Source: the human T2T-CHM13v2.0 reference genome, Homo sapiens
Length of the DNA: 64,000 bases
Assembly: GCF_009914755.1 (NCBI RefSeq)
Contig: NC_060948.1
Direction: 5' to 3' (one strand)
Below, one piece after another: positions 42,694 to 62,621 of this stretch. The translations under genes and the position numbers were made by a program. The first letter of the stretch is position 1. Every line of letters starts with the position of its first letter. Below the pieces are notes generated by a model. It was not told the DNA's origin. It saw nothing but the letters and a program-made list of their open reading frames with translations, and did not search any database.

Positions 42694-44798
42694 AGATCCA
42701 TATTTTTTAAATGAAAAAAAATTTCAAAGGTACTCTGCTTAGTACAATAATCAAATATATAAACTGAGGAACAAAACATAACCATGAAACCTACTTATAA
42801 CTGCATATGGAAAATACAGAGCATAACTTTTTAAATAACATATTTTGAAAGGCTTAACTAGTAATTTGAAGAGTTGGCATTTGAAAGGCCAGTATGAATA
42901 TACCTTCAAAGCAGCAACACAGGTTCCCCATGAGAAAAAGCAAACTCAGGGAAAATAAAACCACAAAGGTTCAATCTCTTCTGACCTTTGAAAGACACAG
43001 CACAGACAGTGGTCCTTAGGACGAAGAGCAGGAGACCCCTAATTCCGTCACCATGGCGATAGGGCATAAACATTGCTGGGTGAGGGCACAATCCACATTG
43101 TGAGGTCCAACTGCTGCCAGGAAGACAGGAGTGCTTTTACATAGACCGAAAGGTCATTGAAGGCTCAGAGTTTTGTTTCAAGAACTGAATCCCAAACCCA
43201 CACCTTATTAGGCTGCGCTTCTTAAAACAAGTTATGAGATGGGAAAAAGGGCACCCACAAACATACGTATACATTATGTATATAATAATATACAGTATCA
43301 TATATATAATATATATAACCTATGTATAATATTGTTTTACATCCTGCATCTTATATTATATATATTGTATAAAATATAATAATTGATAATATATAAGTTT
43401 TATATTTATACAATAAGACATATAGTATATATTATAATTTATGACATATACAATATATGTTATATATCATATATAGAATATATTATATGGTTAATATACG
43501 TATTAAATATAAATTATACATTATATATATTATATATAATATATCTGTTATATATAATACCCATTATGCATAATATATATATTATGTCTATGTTATATAT
43601 AGTATAAAACAACATATAATAATATATAATTGTATATAGAAAACGCGACATATAATATATATTATATTTTATGACATATGTAATATATATTATATATTAT
43701 ATATAATACGTTGTATGTATACTACCTATATTAAATATATATTATATGACTATGTTATTAATTACATGTCACATATGTTATATATTATATATTTTACATA
43801 GAATATTCCGGTTACATACAATATATACTATGTTACCTATAATGTATAATTGATTACATGTAAAATAAAGAATGCAATATATTATGTATAATTTATAATA
43901 TACAATATGTGGAATGTGATACATATAACATATAATATATGATATATGATATACAGTATATGATATATAACATACAATATATGATACCTAATATATATGG
44001 TATACAATATATATTTTATGTTATGTATTCTATATGTTTTATATTCTGTTATATATAACTATTTGAAATTATATATAACTGTATAATATTTTATGTAAAT
44101 ATGTAATATAATATATATAACTATAAAATATATTATATATAACTATATATTATGTTATATATACTTTTATAACATAATTTACATAAAATATCATAATATA
44201 ATATATATTATATTATTTCACATTACATAATATATATTACATATCACCCAATATAAGTAACATACATAATATTATAATATAGATTATATTATGTTATATT
44301 AAATATCATATATATCATGTATCATATATTCTATAATATATATTATACATTATATAATATGTATGTTGTCCATTATGTGATATATATAACTATATATATA
44401 ATTATATTATTATACATATAACTAGATAAACATGTAATTCTACATATTTTCATTTATAATATATAGAATTATATAATCATATATAATTATTTATATTCTA
44501 TAAAAAATTATATCATTATATAAATTATAATATATAAAAATTATAAGATGTACTACAAATATATATATTATATATCATATATGATATAGTACCTTTGTTA
44601 TATATCATAATACATATAAATGTGTATTATGTTATCTATAATTTTATAATTTCATATATAAGATGTATAATATGTATTATATATTGTATATGTTACGTAA
44701 TATATATAGTATATATAAGCTGACACAGGATAAATATTATATACTATGACATATAAAATATATGAGGTTATATGTTACATATAAGGCATAGCACATAA

Positions 44799-45113
<315 letters not shown>

Positions 45114-47218
45114 AGATCCATATTTTTTAAATGAAAAAAAATTTCAAAGGTACTCTGCTTAGTACAATAATCAAATATATAAACTGAGGAACAAAACATA
45201 ACCATGAAACCTACTTATAACTGCATATGGAAAATACAGAGGATAACTTTTTAAATAACATATTTTGAAAGGCTTAACTAGTAATTTGAAGAGTTGGCAT
45301 TTGAAAGGCCAGTATGAATATACCTTCAAAGCAGCAACACAGGTTCCCCATGAGAAAAAGCAAACTCAGGGAAAATAAAACCACAAAGGTTCAATCTCTT
45401 CTGACCTTTGAAAGACACAGCACAGACAGTGGTCCTTAGGACGAAGAGCAGGAGACCCCTAATTCCGTCACCATGGCGATAGGGCATAAACATTGCTGGG
45501 TGAGGGCACAATCCACATTGTGAGGTCCAACTGCTGCCAGGAAGACAGGAGTGCTTTTACATAGACCGAAAGGTCATTGAAGGCTCAGAGTTTTGTTTCA
45601 AGAACTGAATCCCAAACCCACACGTTATTAGGCTGCGCTTCTTAAAACAAGTTATGAGATGGGAAAAAGGGCACCCACAAACATACGTATACATTATGTA
45701 TATAATAATATACAGTATCATATATATAATATATATAACCTATGTATAATATTGTTTTACATCCTGCATCTTATATTATATATATTGTATAAAATATAAT
45801 AATTGATAATATATAAGTTTTATATTTATACAATAAGACATATAGTATATATTATAATTTATGACATATACAATATATGTTATATATCATATATAGAATA
45901 TATTATATGGTTAATATACGTATTAAATATAAATTATACATTATATATATTATATATAATATATCTGTTATATATAATACCCATTATGCATAATATATAT
46001 ATTATGTCTATGTTATATATAGTATAAAACAACATATAATAATATATAATTGTATATAGAAAACGCGACATATAATATATATTATATTTTATGACATATG
46101 TAATATATATTATATATTATATATAATACGTTGTATGTATACTACCTATATTAAATATATATTATATGACTATGTTATTAATTACATGTCACATATGTTA
46201 TATATTATATATTTTACATAGAATATTCCGGTTACATACAATATATACTATGTTACCTATAATGTATAATTGATTACATGTAAAATAAAGAATGCAATAT
46301 ATTATGTATAATTTATAATATACAATATGTGGAATGTGATACATATAACATATAATATATGATATATGATATACAGTATATGATATATAACATACAATAT
46401 ATGATACCTAATATATATGGTATACAATATATATTTTATGTTATGTATTCTATATGTTTTATATTCTGTTATATATAACTATTTGAAATTATATATAACT
46501 GTATAATATTTTATGTAAATATGTAATATAATATATATAACTATAAAATATATTATATATAACTATATATTATGTTATATATACTTTTATAACATAATTT
46601 ACATAAAATATCATAATATAATATATATTATATTATTTCACATTACATAATATATATTACATATCACCCAATATAAGTAACATACATAATATTATAATAT
46701 AGATTATATTATGTTATATTAAATATCATATATATCATGTATCATATATTCTATAATATATATTATACATTATATAATATGTATGTTGTCCATTATGTGA
46801 TATATATAACTATATATATAATTATATTATTATACATATAACTAGATAAACATGTAATTCTACATATTTTCATTTATAATATATAGAATTATATAATCAT
46901 ATATAATTATTTATATTCTATAAAAAATTATATCATTATATAAATTATAATATATAAAAATTATAAGATGTACTACAAATATATATATTATATATCATAT
47001 ATGATATAGTACCTTTGTTATATATCATAATACATATAAATGTGTATTATGTTATCTATAATTTTATAATTTCATATATAAGATGTATAATATGTATTAT
47101 ATATTGTATATGTTACGTAATATATATAGTATATATAAGCTGACACAGGATAAATATTATATACTATGACATATAAAATATATGAGGTTATATGTTACAT
47201 ATAAGGCATAGCACATAA

Positions 47219-47533
<315 letters not shown>

Positions 47534-49638
47534 AGATCCATATTTTTTAAATGAAAAAAAATTTCAAAGGTACTCTGCTTAGTACAATAATCAAATATAT
47601 AAACTGAGGAACAAAACATAACCATGAAACCTACTTATAACTGCATATGGAAAATACAGAGGATAACTTTTTAAATAACATATTTTGAAAGGCTTAACTA
47701 GTAATTTGAAGAGTTGGCATTTGAAAGGCCAGTATGAATATACCTTCAAAGCAGCAACACAGGTTCCCCATGAGAAAAAGCAAACTCAGGGAAAATAAAA
47801 CCACAAAGGTTCAATCTCTTCTGACCTTTGAAAGACACAGCACAGACAGTGGTCCTTAGGACGAAGAGCAGGAGACCCCTAATTCCGTCACCATGGCGAT
47901 AGGGCATAAACATTGCTGGGTGAGGGCACAATCCACATTGTGAGGTCCAACTGCTGCCAGGAAGACAGGAGTGCTTTTACATAGACCGAAAGGTCATTGA
48001 AGGCTCAGAGTTTTGTTTCAAGAACTGAATCCCAAACCCACACGTTATTAGGCTGCGCTTCTTAAAACAAGTTATGAGATGGGAAAAAGGGCACCCACAA
48101 ACATACGTATACATTATGTATATAATAATATACAGTATCATATATATAATATATATAACCTATGTATAATATTGTTTTACATCCTGCATCTTATATTATA
48201 TATATTGTATAAAATATAATAATTGATAATATATAAGTTTTATATTTATACAATAAGACATATAGTATATATTATAATTTATGACATATACAATATATGT
48301 TATATATCATATATAGAATATATTATATGGTTAATATACGTATTAAATATAAATTATACATTATATATATTATATATAATATATCTGTTATATATAATAC
48401 CCATTATGCATAATATATATATTATGTCTATGTTATATATAGTATAAAACAACATATAATAATATATAATTGTATATAGAAAACGCGACATATAATATAT
48501 ATTATATTTTATGACATATGTAATATATATTATATATTATATAAAATACGTTGTATGTATAATACCTATATTAAATATATATTATATGACTATGTTATTA
48601 ATTACATGTCACATATGTTATATATTATATATTTTACATAGAATATACCGGTTACATACAATATATACTATGTTACCTATAATGTATAATTGATTACATG
48701 TAAAATAAAGAATGCAATATATTATGTATAATTTATAATATACAATATGTGGAATGTGATACATATAACATATAATATATGATATATGATATACAGTATA
48801 TGATATATAACATACAATATATGATACCTAATATATATGGTATACAATATATATTTTATGTTATGTATTCTATATGTTTTATATTCTGTTATATATAACT
48901 ATTTGAAATTATATATAACTGTATAATATTTTATGTAAATATGTAATATAATATATATAACTATAAAATATATTATATATAACTATATATTATGTTATAT
49001 ATACTTTTATAACATAATTTACATAAAATATCATAATATAATATATATTATATTATTTCACATTACATAATATATATTACATATCACCCAATATAAGTAA
49101 CATACATAATATTATAATATAGATTATATTATGTTATATTAAATATCATATATATCATGTATCATATATTCTATAATATATATTATACATTATATAATAT
49201 GTATGTTGTCCATTATGTGATATATATAACTATATATATAATTATATTATTATACATATAACTAGATAAACATGTAATTCTACATATTTTCATTTATAAT
49301 ATATAGAATTATATAATCATATATAATTATTTATATTCTATAAAAAATTATATCATTATATAAATTATAATATATAAAAATTATAAGATGTACTACAAAT
49401 ATATATATTATATATCATATATGATATAGTACCTTTGTTATATATCATAATACATATAAATGTGTATTATGTTATCTATAATTTTATAATTTCATATATA
49501 AGATGTATAATATGTATTATATATTGTATATGTTACGTAATATATATAGTATATATAAGCTGACACAGGATAAATATTATATACTATGACATATAAAATA
49601 TATGAGGTTATATGTTACATATAAGGCATAGCACATAA

Positions 49639-49953
<315 letters not shown>

Positions 49954-52058
49954 AGATCCATATTTTTTAAATGAAAAAAAATTTCAAAGGTACTCTGCTT
50001 AGTACAATAATCAAATATATAAACTGAGGAACAAAACATAACCATGAAACCTACTTATAACTGCATATGGAAAATACAGAGGATAACTTTTTAAATAACA
50101 TATTTTGAAAGGCTTAACTAGTAATTTGAAGAGTTGGCATTTGAAAGGCCAGTATGAATATACCTTCAAAGCAGCAACACAGGTTCCCCATGAGAAAAAG
50201 CAAACTCAGGGAAAATAAAACCACAAAGGTTCAATCTCTTCTGACCTTTGAAAGACACAGCACAGACAGTGGTCCTTAGGACGAAGAGCAGGAGACCCCT
50301 AATTCCGTCACCATGGCGATAGGGCATAAACATTGCTGGGTGAGGGCACAATCCACATTGTGAGGTCCAACTGCTGCCAGGAAGACAGGAGTGCTTTTAC
50401 ATAGACCGAAAGGTCATTGAAGGCTCAGAGTTTTGTTTCAAGAACTGAATCCCAAACCCACACGTTATTAGGCTGCGCTTCTTAAAACAAGTTATGAGAT
50501 GGGAAAAAGGGCACCCACAAACATACGTATACATTATGTATATAATAATATACAGTATCATATATATAATATATATAACCTATGTATAATATTGTTTTAC
50601 ATCCTGCATCTTATATTATATATATTGTATAAAATATAATAATTGATAATATATAAGTTTTATATTTATACAATAAGACATATAGTATATATTATAATTT
50701 ATGACATATACAATATATGTTATATATCATATATAGAATATATTATATGGTTAATATACGTATTAAATATAAATTATACATTATATATATTATATATAAT
50801 ATATCTGTTATATATAATACCCATTATGCATAATATATATATTATGTCTATGTTATATATAGTATAAAACAACATATAATAATATATAATTGTATATAGA
50901 AAACGCGACATATAATATATATTATATTTTATGACATATGTAATATATATTATATATTATATATAATACGTTGTATGTATACTACCTATATTAAATATAT
51001 ATTATATGACTATGTTATTAATTACATGTCACATATGTTATATATTATATATTTTACATAGAATATTCCGGTTACATACAATATATACTATGTTACCTAT
51101 AATGTATAATTGATTACATGTAAAATAAAGAATGCAATATATTATGTATAATTTATAATATACAATATGTGGAATGTGATACATATAACATATAATATAT
51201 GATATATGATATACAGTATATGATATATAACATACAATATATGATACCTAATATATATGGTATACAATATATATTTTATGTTATGTATTCTATATGTTTT
51301 ATATTCTGTTATATATAACTATTTGAAATTATATATAACTGTATAATATTTTATGTAAATATGTAATATAATATATATAACTATAAAATATATTATATAT
51401 AACTATATATTATGTTATATATACTTTTATAACATAATTTACATAAAATATCATAATATAATATATATTATATTATTTCACATTACATAATATATATTAC
51501 ATATCACCCAATATAAGTAACATACATAATATTATAATATAGATTATATTATGTTATATTAAATATCATATATATCATGTATCATATATTCTATAATATA
51601 TATTATACATTATATAATATGTATGTTGTCCATTATGTGATATATATAACTATATATATAATTATATTATTATACATATAACTAGATAAACATGTAATTC
51701 TACATATTTTCATTTATAATATATAGAATTATATAATCATATATAATTATTTATATTCTATAAAAAATTATATCATTATATAAATTATAATATATAAAAA
51801 TTATAAGATGTACTACAAATATATATATTATATATCATATATGATATAGTACCTTTGTTATATATCATAATACATATAAATGTGTATTATGTTATCTATA
51901 ATTTTATAATTTCATATATAAGATGTATAGTATGTATTATATATTGTATATGTTACGTAATATATATAGTATATATAAGCTGACACAGGATAAATATTAT
52001 ATACTATGACATATAAAATACATGAGGTTATATGTTACATATAAGGCATAGCACATAA

Positions 52059-52373
<315 letters not shown>

Positions 52374-54501
52374 AGATCCATATTTTTTAAATGAAAAAAA
52401 ATTTCAAAGGTACTCTGCTTAGTACAATAATCAAATATATAAACTGAGGAACAAAACATAACCATGAAACCTACTTATAACTGCATATGGAAAATACAGA
52501 GGATAACTTTTTAAATAACATATTTTGAAAGGCTTAACTAGTAATTTGAAGAGTTGGCATTTGAAAGGCCAGTATGAATATACCTTCAAAGCAGCAACAC
52601 AGGTTCCCCATGAGAAAAAGCAAACTCAGGGAAAATAAAACCACAAAGGTTCAATCTCTTCTGACCTTTGAAAGACACAGCACAGACAGTGGTCCTTAGG
52701 ACGAAGAGCAGGAGACCCCTAATTCCGTCACCATGGCGATAGGGCATAAACATTGCTGGGTGAGGGCACAATCCACATTGTGAGGTCCAACTGCTGCCAG
52801 GAAGACAGGAGTGCTTTTACATAGACCGAAAGGTCATTGAAGGCTCAGAGTTTTGTTTCAAGAACTGAATCCCAAACCCACACGTTATTAGGCTGCGCTT
52901 CTTAAAACAAGTTATGAGATGGGAAAAAGGGCACCCACAAACATACGTATACATTATGTATATAATAATATACAGTATCATATATATAATATATATAACC
53001 TATGTATAATATTGTTTTACATCCTGCATCTTATATTATATATATTGTATAAAATATAATAATTGATAATATATAAGTTTTATATTTATACAATAAGACA
53101 TATAGTATATATTATAATTTATGACATATACAATATATGTTATATATCATATATAGAATATATTATATGGTTAATATACGTATTAAATATAAATTATACA
53201 TTATATATATTATATATAATATATCTGTTATATATAATACCCATTATGCATAATATATATATTATGTCTATGTTATATATAGTATAAAACAACATATAAT
53301 AATATATAATTGTATATAGAAAACGCGACATATAATATATATTATATTTTATGACATATGTAATATATATTATATATTATATAAAATACGTTGTATGTAT
53401 AATACCTATATTAAATATATATTATATGACTATGTTATTAATTACATGTCACATATGTTATATATTATATATTTTACATAGAATATACCGGTTACATACA
53501 ATATATACTATGTTACCTATAATGTATAATTGATTACATGTAAAATAAAGAATGCAATATATTATGTATAATTTATAATATACAATATGTGGAATGTGAT
53601 ACATATAACATATAATATATGATATATGATATACAGTATATGATATATAACATACAATATATGATACCTAATATATATGGTATACAATATATATTTTATG
53701 TTATGTATTCTATATGTTTTATATTCTGTTATATATAACTATTTGAAATTATATATAACTGTATAATATTTTATGTAAATATGTAATATAATATATATAA
53801 CTATAAAATATATTATATATAACTATATATTATGTTATATATACTTTTATAACATAATTTACATAAAATATCATAATATAATATATATTATATTATTTCA
53901 CGTTACATAATATATATTACATATCACCCAATATAAGTAACATACATAATATTATAATATAGATTATATTATGTTATATTAAATATCATATATATCATGT
54001 ATCATATATTCTATAATATATATTATACATTATATAATATGTATGTTGTCCATTATGTGATATATATAACTATATATGTAATTATATTATTATACATATA
54101 ACTTGATAAACATGTAATTCTACATATTTTCATTTATAATATATAGAATTATATAATCATATATAATTATTTATATTCTATAAAAAATTATATCATTATA
54201 TAAATTATAATATATAAAAATTATAAGATGTACTACAAATATATATATTATATATCATATATGATATAGTACCTTTGTTATATATCATAATACATATAAA
54301 TGTGTATTATGTTATCTATAATTTTATAATTTCATATATAAGATGTATAATATGTATTATATATTGTATATGTTACGTAATATATATAGTATATATAAGC
54401 TGACACAGGATAAATATTATATACTATGACATATAAAATATATGAGGTTATATGTTACATATAAGGCATAGCACATAACATGTAATATATATCATCTATA
54501 A

Positions 54502-54793
<292 letters not shown>

Positions 54794-56898
54794 AGATCCA
54801 TATTTTTTAAATGAAAAAAAATTTCAAAGGTACTCTGCTTGGTACAATAATCAAATGTATAAACTGAGGAATAAAACATAACCATGAAACCTACTTATAA
54901 CTGCATATGGAAAATACAAAGGATAATTTTTTAAATAACATATTTTGAAAGCCTTAACTAGTAATTTGAAGAGTTGGCATTTGAAAGGCCAGTATGAATA
55001 TACCTTCAAAGCAGCAACACAGGTTTCCCATGAGAAAAAGCAAACTCAGGGAAAATAAAACCACAAAGGTTCAATCTCTTCTGACCTTTGAAAGACACAG
55101 CACAGACAGTGGTCCTTAGGACGAAGAGCAGGAGACCCCTAATTCCGTCACCATGGCGATAGGGCATAAACATTGCTGGGTGAGGGCACAATCCACATTG
55201 TGAGGTCCAACTGCTGCCAGGAAGACAGGAGTGCTTTTACATAGACCGAAAGGTCATTGAAGGCTCAGAGTTTTGTTTCAAGAACTGAATCCCAAGCCCA
55301 CACGTTATTAGGCTGCGCTTCTTAAAACAAGTTATGAGATGGGAAAAAGGGCACCCACAAACATACGTATACATTATGTATATAATAATATACAGTATCA
55401 TATATATAATATATATAACCTATGTATAATATTGTTTTACATCCTGCATCTTATAATATATGTATTGTATAAAATATAATAATTGATAATATATATGTTT
55501 TATATTTATACAATATGACATATAGTATATATTATAATTTATGACATATATAATATATGTTATATATCATATATAGAATATATTATACGGTTAATATACG
55601 TATTAAATATAAATTATACATTATATATATTATATATAATATATCTGTTATATATAATACCCATTATGCATAATATATATATTATGTCTATGTTATATAT
55701 AGTATAAAACAACATATAATAATATATAATTGTATATATAAAATGCGACATATAATATATATTATATTTTATGACATATGTAATATATATTATATATTAT
55801 ATATAATACGTTGTATGTATAATACCTATATTAAATATATATTATATGACTATGTTATTAATTACATGTCACATATGTTATATATTATATATTTTACATA
55901 GAATATACCGGTTACATACAATATATACTATGTTACCTATAATGTATAATTGATTACATGTAAAATAAAGAATGCAATATATTATGTATAATTTATAATA
56001 TACAATATGTGGAATGTGATACATATAACATATAATATATGATATATGATATACAGTATATGATATATAACATACAATATATGATACCTAATATATATGG
56101 TATACAATATATATTTTATGTTATGTATTCTATATGTTTTATATTCTGTTATATATAACTATTTGAAATTATATATAACTGTATAATATTTTATGTAAAT
56201 ATGTAATATAATATATATAATTATAAAATATATTATATATAACTATATATTATGTTATATATACTTTTATAACATAATTTACATAAAATATCATAATATA
56301 ATATATATTATATTATTTCACATTACATAATATATATTACATATCACCCAATATAAGTAACATACATAATATTATAATATAGATTATATTATGTTATATT
56401 AAATATCATATATATCATGTATCATATATTCTATAATATATATTATACATTATATAATATGTATGTTGTCCATTATGTGATATATATAACTATATATATA
56501 ATTATATTATTATACATATAACTAGATAAACATGTAATTCTACATATTTTCATTTATAATATATAGAATTATATAATCATATATAATTATTTATATTCTA
56601 TAAAAAATTATATCATTATATAAATTATAATATATAAAAATTATAAGATGTACTACAAATATATATATTATATATCATATATGATATAGTACCTTTGTTA
56701 TATATCATAATACATATAAATGTGTATTATGTTATCTATAATTTTATAATTTCATATATAAGATGTATAATATGTATTATATATTGTATATGTTACGTAA
56801 TATATATAGTATATATAAGCTGACACAGGATAAATATTATATACTATGACATATAAAATATATGAGGTTATAAGTTACATATAAGGCATAGCACATAA

Positions 56899-57213
<315 letters not shown>

Positions 57214-59318
57214 AGATCCATATTTTTTAAATGAAAAAAAATTTCAAAGGTACTCTGCTTAGTACAATAATCAAATATATAAACTGAGGAACAAAACATA
57301 ACCATGAAACCTACTTATAACTGCATATGGAAAATACAGAGGATAACTTTTTAAATAACATATTTTGAAAGGCTTAACTAGTAATTTGAAGAGTTGGCAT
57401 TTGAAAGGCCAGTATGAATATACCTTCAAAGCAGCAACACAGGTTCCCCATGAGAAAAAGCAAACTCAGGGAAAATAAAACCACAAAGGTTCAATCTCTT
57501 CTGACCTTTGAAAGACACAGCACAGACAGTGGTCCTTAGGACGAAGAGCAGGAGACCCCTAATTCCGTCACCATGGCGATAGGGCATAAACATTGCTGGG
57601 TGAGGGCACAATCCACATTGTGAGGTCCAACTGCTGCCAGGAAGACAGGAGTGCTTTTACATAGACCGAAAGGTCATTGAAGGCTCAGAGTTTTGTTTCA
57701 AGGACTGAATCCCAAACCCACACGTTATTAGGCTGCGCTTCTTAAAACAAGTTATGAGATGGGAAAAAGGGCACCCACAAACATACGTATACATTATGTA
57801 TATAATAATATACAGTATCATATATATAATATATATAACCTATGTATAATATTGTTTTACATCCTGCATCTTATATTATATATATTGTATAAAATATAAT
57901 AATTGATAATATATAAGTTTTATATTTATACAATAAGACATATAGTATATATTATAATTTATGACATATACAATATATGTTATATATCATATATAGAATA
58001 TATTATATGGTTAATATACGTATTAAATATAAATTATACATTATATATATTATATATAATATATCTGTTATATATAATACCCATTATGCATAATATATAT
58101 ATTATGTCTATGTTATATATAGTATAAAACAACATATAATAATATATAATTGTATATAGAAAACGCGACATATAATATATATTATATTTTATGACATATG
58201 TAATATATATTATATATTATATATAATACGTTGTATGTATAATACCTATATTAAATATATATTATATGACTATGTTATTAATTACATGTCACATATGTTA
58301 TATATTATATATTTTACATAGAATATTCCGGTTACATACAATATATACTATGTTACGTATAATGTATAATTGATTACATGTAAAATAAAGAATGCAATAT
58401 ATTATGTATAATTTATAATATACAATATGTGGAATGTGATACATATAACATATAATATATGATATATGATATACAGTATATGATATATAACATACAATAT
58501 ATGATACCTAATATATATGGTATACAATATATATTTTATGTTATGTATTCTATATGTTTTATATTCTGTTATATATAACTATTTGAAATTATATATAACT
58601 GTATAATATTTTATGTAAATATGTAATATAATATATATAACTATAAAATATATTATATATAACTATATATTATGTTATATATACTTTTATAACATAATTT
58701 ACATAAAATATCATAATATAATATATATTATATTATTTCACATTACATAATATATATTACATATCACCCAATATAAGTAACATACATAATATTATAATAT
58801 AGATTATATTATGTTATATTAAATATCATATATATCATGTATCATATATTCTATAATATATATTATACATTATATAATATGTATGTTGTCCATTATGTGA
58901 TATATATAACTATATATATAATTATATTATTATACATATAACTAGATAAACATGTAATTCTACATATTTTCATTTATAATATATAGAATTATATAATCAT
59001 ATATAATTATTTATATTCTATAAAAAATTATATCATTATATAAATTATAATATATAAAAATTATAAGATGTACTACAAATATATATATTATATATCATAT
59101 ATGATATAGTACCTTTGTTTTATATCATAATACATATAAATGTGTATTATGTTATCTATAATTTTATAATTTCATATATAAGATGTATAATATGTATTAT
59201 ATATTGTATATGTTACGTAATATATATAGTATATATAAGCTGACACAGGATAAATATTATATACTATGACATATAAAATATATGAGGTTATATGTTACAT
59301 ATAAGGCATAGCACATAA

Positions 59319-59632
<314 letters not shown>

Positions 59633-61737
59633 AGATCCATATTTTTTAAATGAAAAAAAATTTCAAAGGTACTCTGCTTGGTACAATAATCAAATGTATA
59701 AACTGAGGAATAAAACATAACCATGAAACCTACTTATAACTGCATATGGAAAATACAGAGGATAATTTTTTAAATAACATATTTTGAAAGCCTTAACTAG
59801 TAATTTGCAGAGTTGGCATTTGAAAGGCCAGTATGAATATACCTTCAAAGCAGCAACACAGGTTCCCCATGAGAAAAAGCAAACACAGGGAAAATAAAAC
59901 CACAAAGGTTCAATCTCTTCTGACCTTTGAAAGACACAGCACAGACAGTGGTCCTTAGGACGAAGAGCAGGAGACCCCTATTTCCGTCACCATGGCGATA
60001 GGGCATAAACATTGCTGGGTGAGGGCACAATCCACATTGTGAGGTCCAACTGCTGCCAGGAAGACAGGAGTGCTTTTACATAGACCGAAAGGTCATTGAA
60101 GGCTCAGAGTTTTGTTTCAAGAACTGAATCCCAAGCCCACACGTTATTAGGCTGCGCTTCTTAAAACAAGTTATGAGATGGGAAAAAGGGCACCCACAAA
60201 CATACGTATACATTATGTATATAATAATATACAGTATCATATATATAATATATATAACCTATGTATAATATTGTTTTACATCCTGCATCTTCTGTTATAT
60301 ATATTGTATAAAATATAATAATTGATAATATATAAGTTTTATATATATACAATATGACATATAGTATATATTATAATTTATAACATATATAATATATGTT
60401 ATATATCATATATAGAATATATTATACGGTTAATATACGTATTAAATATAAATTATACATTATATATATTATATATAATATATCTGTTATATATAATACC
60501 CATTATGCATAATATATATATTATGTCTATGTTATATATAGTATAAAACAACACATAATAACATATAATTGTATATATAAAATGCGACATATAATATATA
60601 TTATATTTTATGACATATGTAATATATAGTATATATTATATATAATACGTTGTATGTATAATTCCTATATTAAATATATATTATATGACTATGTTATTAA
60701 TTACATGTCACATATGTTATATATTATATATTTTACATAGAATGTACCGGTTACATACAATATATACTATGTTACCTATAATGTATAATTTATTACATGT
60801 AAAATAAAGATTGCAATATATTATGTATAATTTATAATATACAATATGTGGAATGTGATATATATAACATATAATATATGATATATGATATACAGTATAT
60901 GATATATAACATACAATATATGATACCTAATATATATGGTATACAATATATATTTTATGATATGTATTCTATATGTTTTATATTCTGTTATATATAACTA
61001 TTTGAAATTATATATAACTGTATAATATTTTATGTAAATATGTAATATAATATATATAACTATATAATATATTATATATAACTATATATTATGTTATATA
61101 TACTTTTATAACATAATTTACATAAAATATCATAATATAATATATATTATATTATTTCACATTACATAATATATATTACATATCACCCAATATAAGTAAC
61201 ATACATAATATTATAATATAGATTATATTATGTTATGTTAAATATCATATATATCATGTATCATATATTCTATAATATATATTATACATTATATAATATG
61301 TATGTTGTCTATTATGTGATATATATAACTATATATATAATTATATTATTATACATATAACTAGATAAACATGTAATTCTACATATTTTCATTTATAATA
61401 TATAGAATTATATAATCATATATAATTATTTATATTCTATAAAAAATTATAGCTTTATATAAATTATAATATATAAAAATTATAATATGTACTACAAATA
61501 TATATATTGTATATCATATATGATATAGTACCTTTGTTATATATGATAATACATATAAATGTGTATTATGTTATCTATAATTATATAATTTCATATATAA
61601 GATGTATAATATTTATTATATATTACATATGTTATGTAATATATATAGTATATATAAGATGACACAGGATAAATATTATATACTATGACATATAAAATAT
61701 ATGAGGTTATACGTTACATATAAGGCATAGCACATAA

Positions 61738-62052
<315 letters not shown>

Positions 62053-62621
62053 AGATCCATATTTTCTAAATGAAAAAAAATTTCAAAGGTACTCTGCTTG
62101 GTACAATAATCAAATGTATAAACTGAGGAATAAAACATAACCATGAAACCTACTTATAACTGCATATGGAAAATACAGAGGATAATTTTTTAAATAACAT
62201 ATTTTGAAAGCCTTAACTAGTAATTTGAAGAGTTGGCATTTGAAAGGCCAGTATGAATATACCTTCAAAGCAGCAACACAGGTTCCCCATGAGAAAAAGC
62301 AAACTCAGGGAAAATAAAACCACAAAGGTTCAATCTCTTCTGACCTTTGAAAGACACAGCACAGACAGTGGTCCTTAGGACGAAGAGCAGGAGACCCCTA
62401 ATTCCGTCACCATGGCGATAGGGCATAAACACTGCTGGGTGAGGGCACAATCCACATTGTGAGGTCCAACTGCTGCCAGGAAGACAGGAGTGCTTTTACA
62501 TAGACCGAAAGGTCATTGAAGGCTCAGAGTTTTGTTTCAAGAACTGAATCCCAAGCCCACACGTTATTAGGCTGCGCTTCTTAAAACAAGTTATGAGATG
62601 GGATAAAGGGCACCCACAAAC

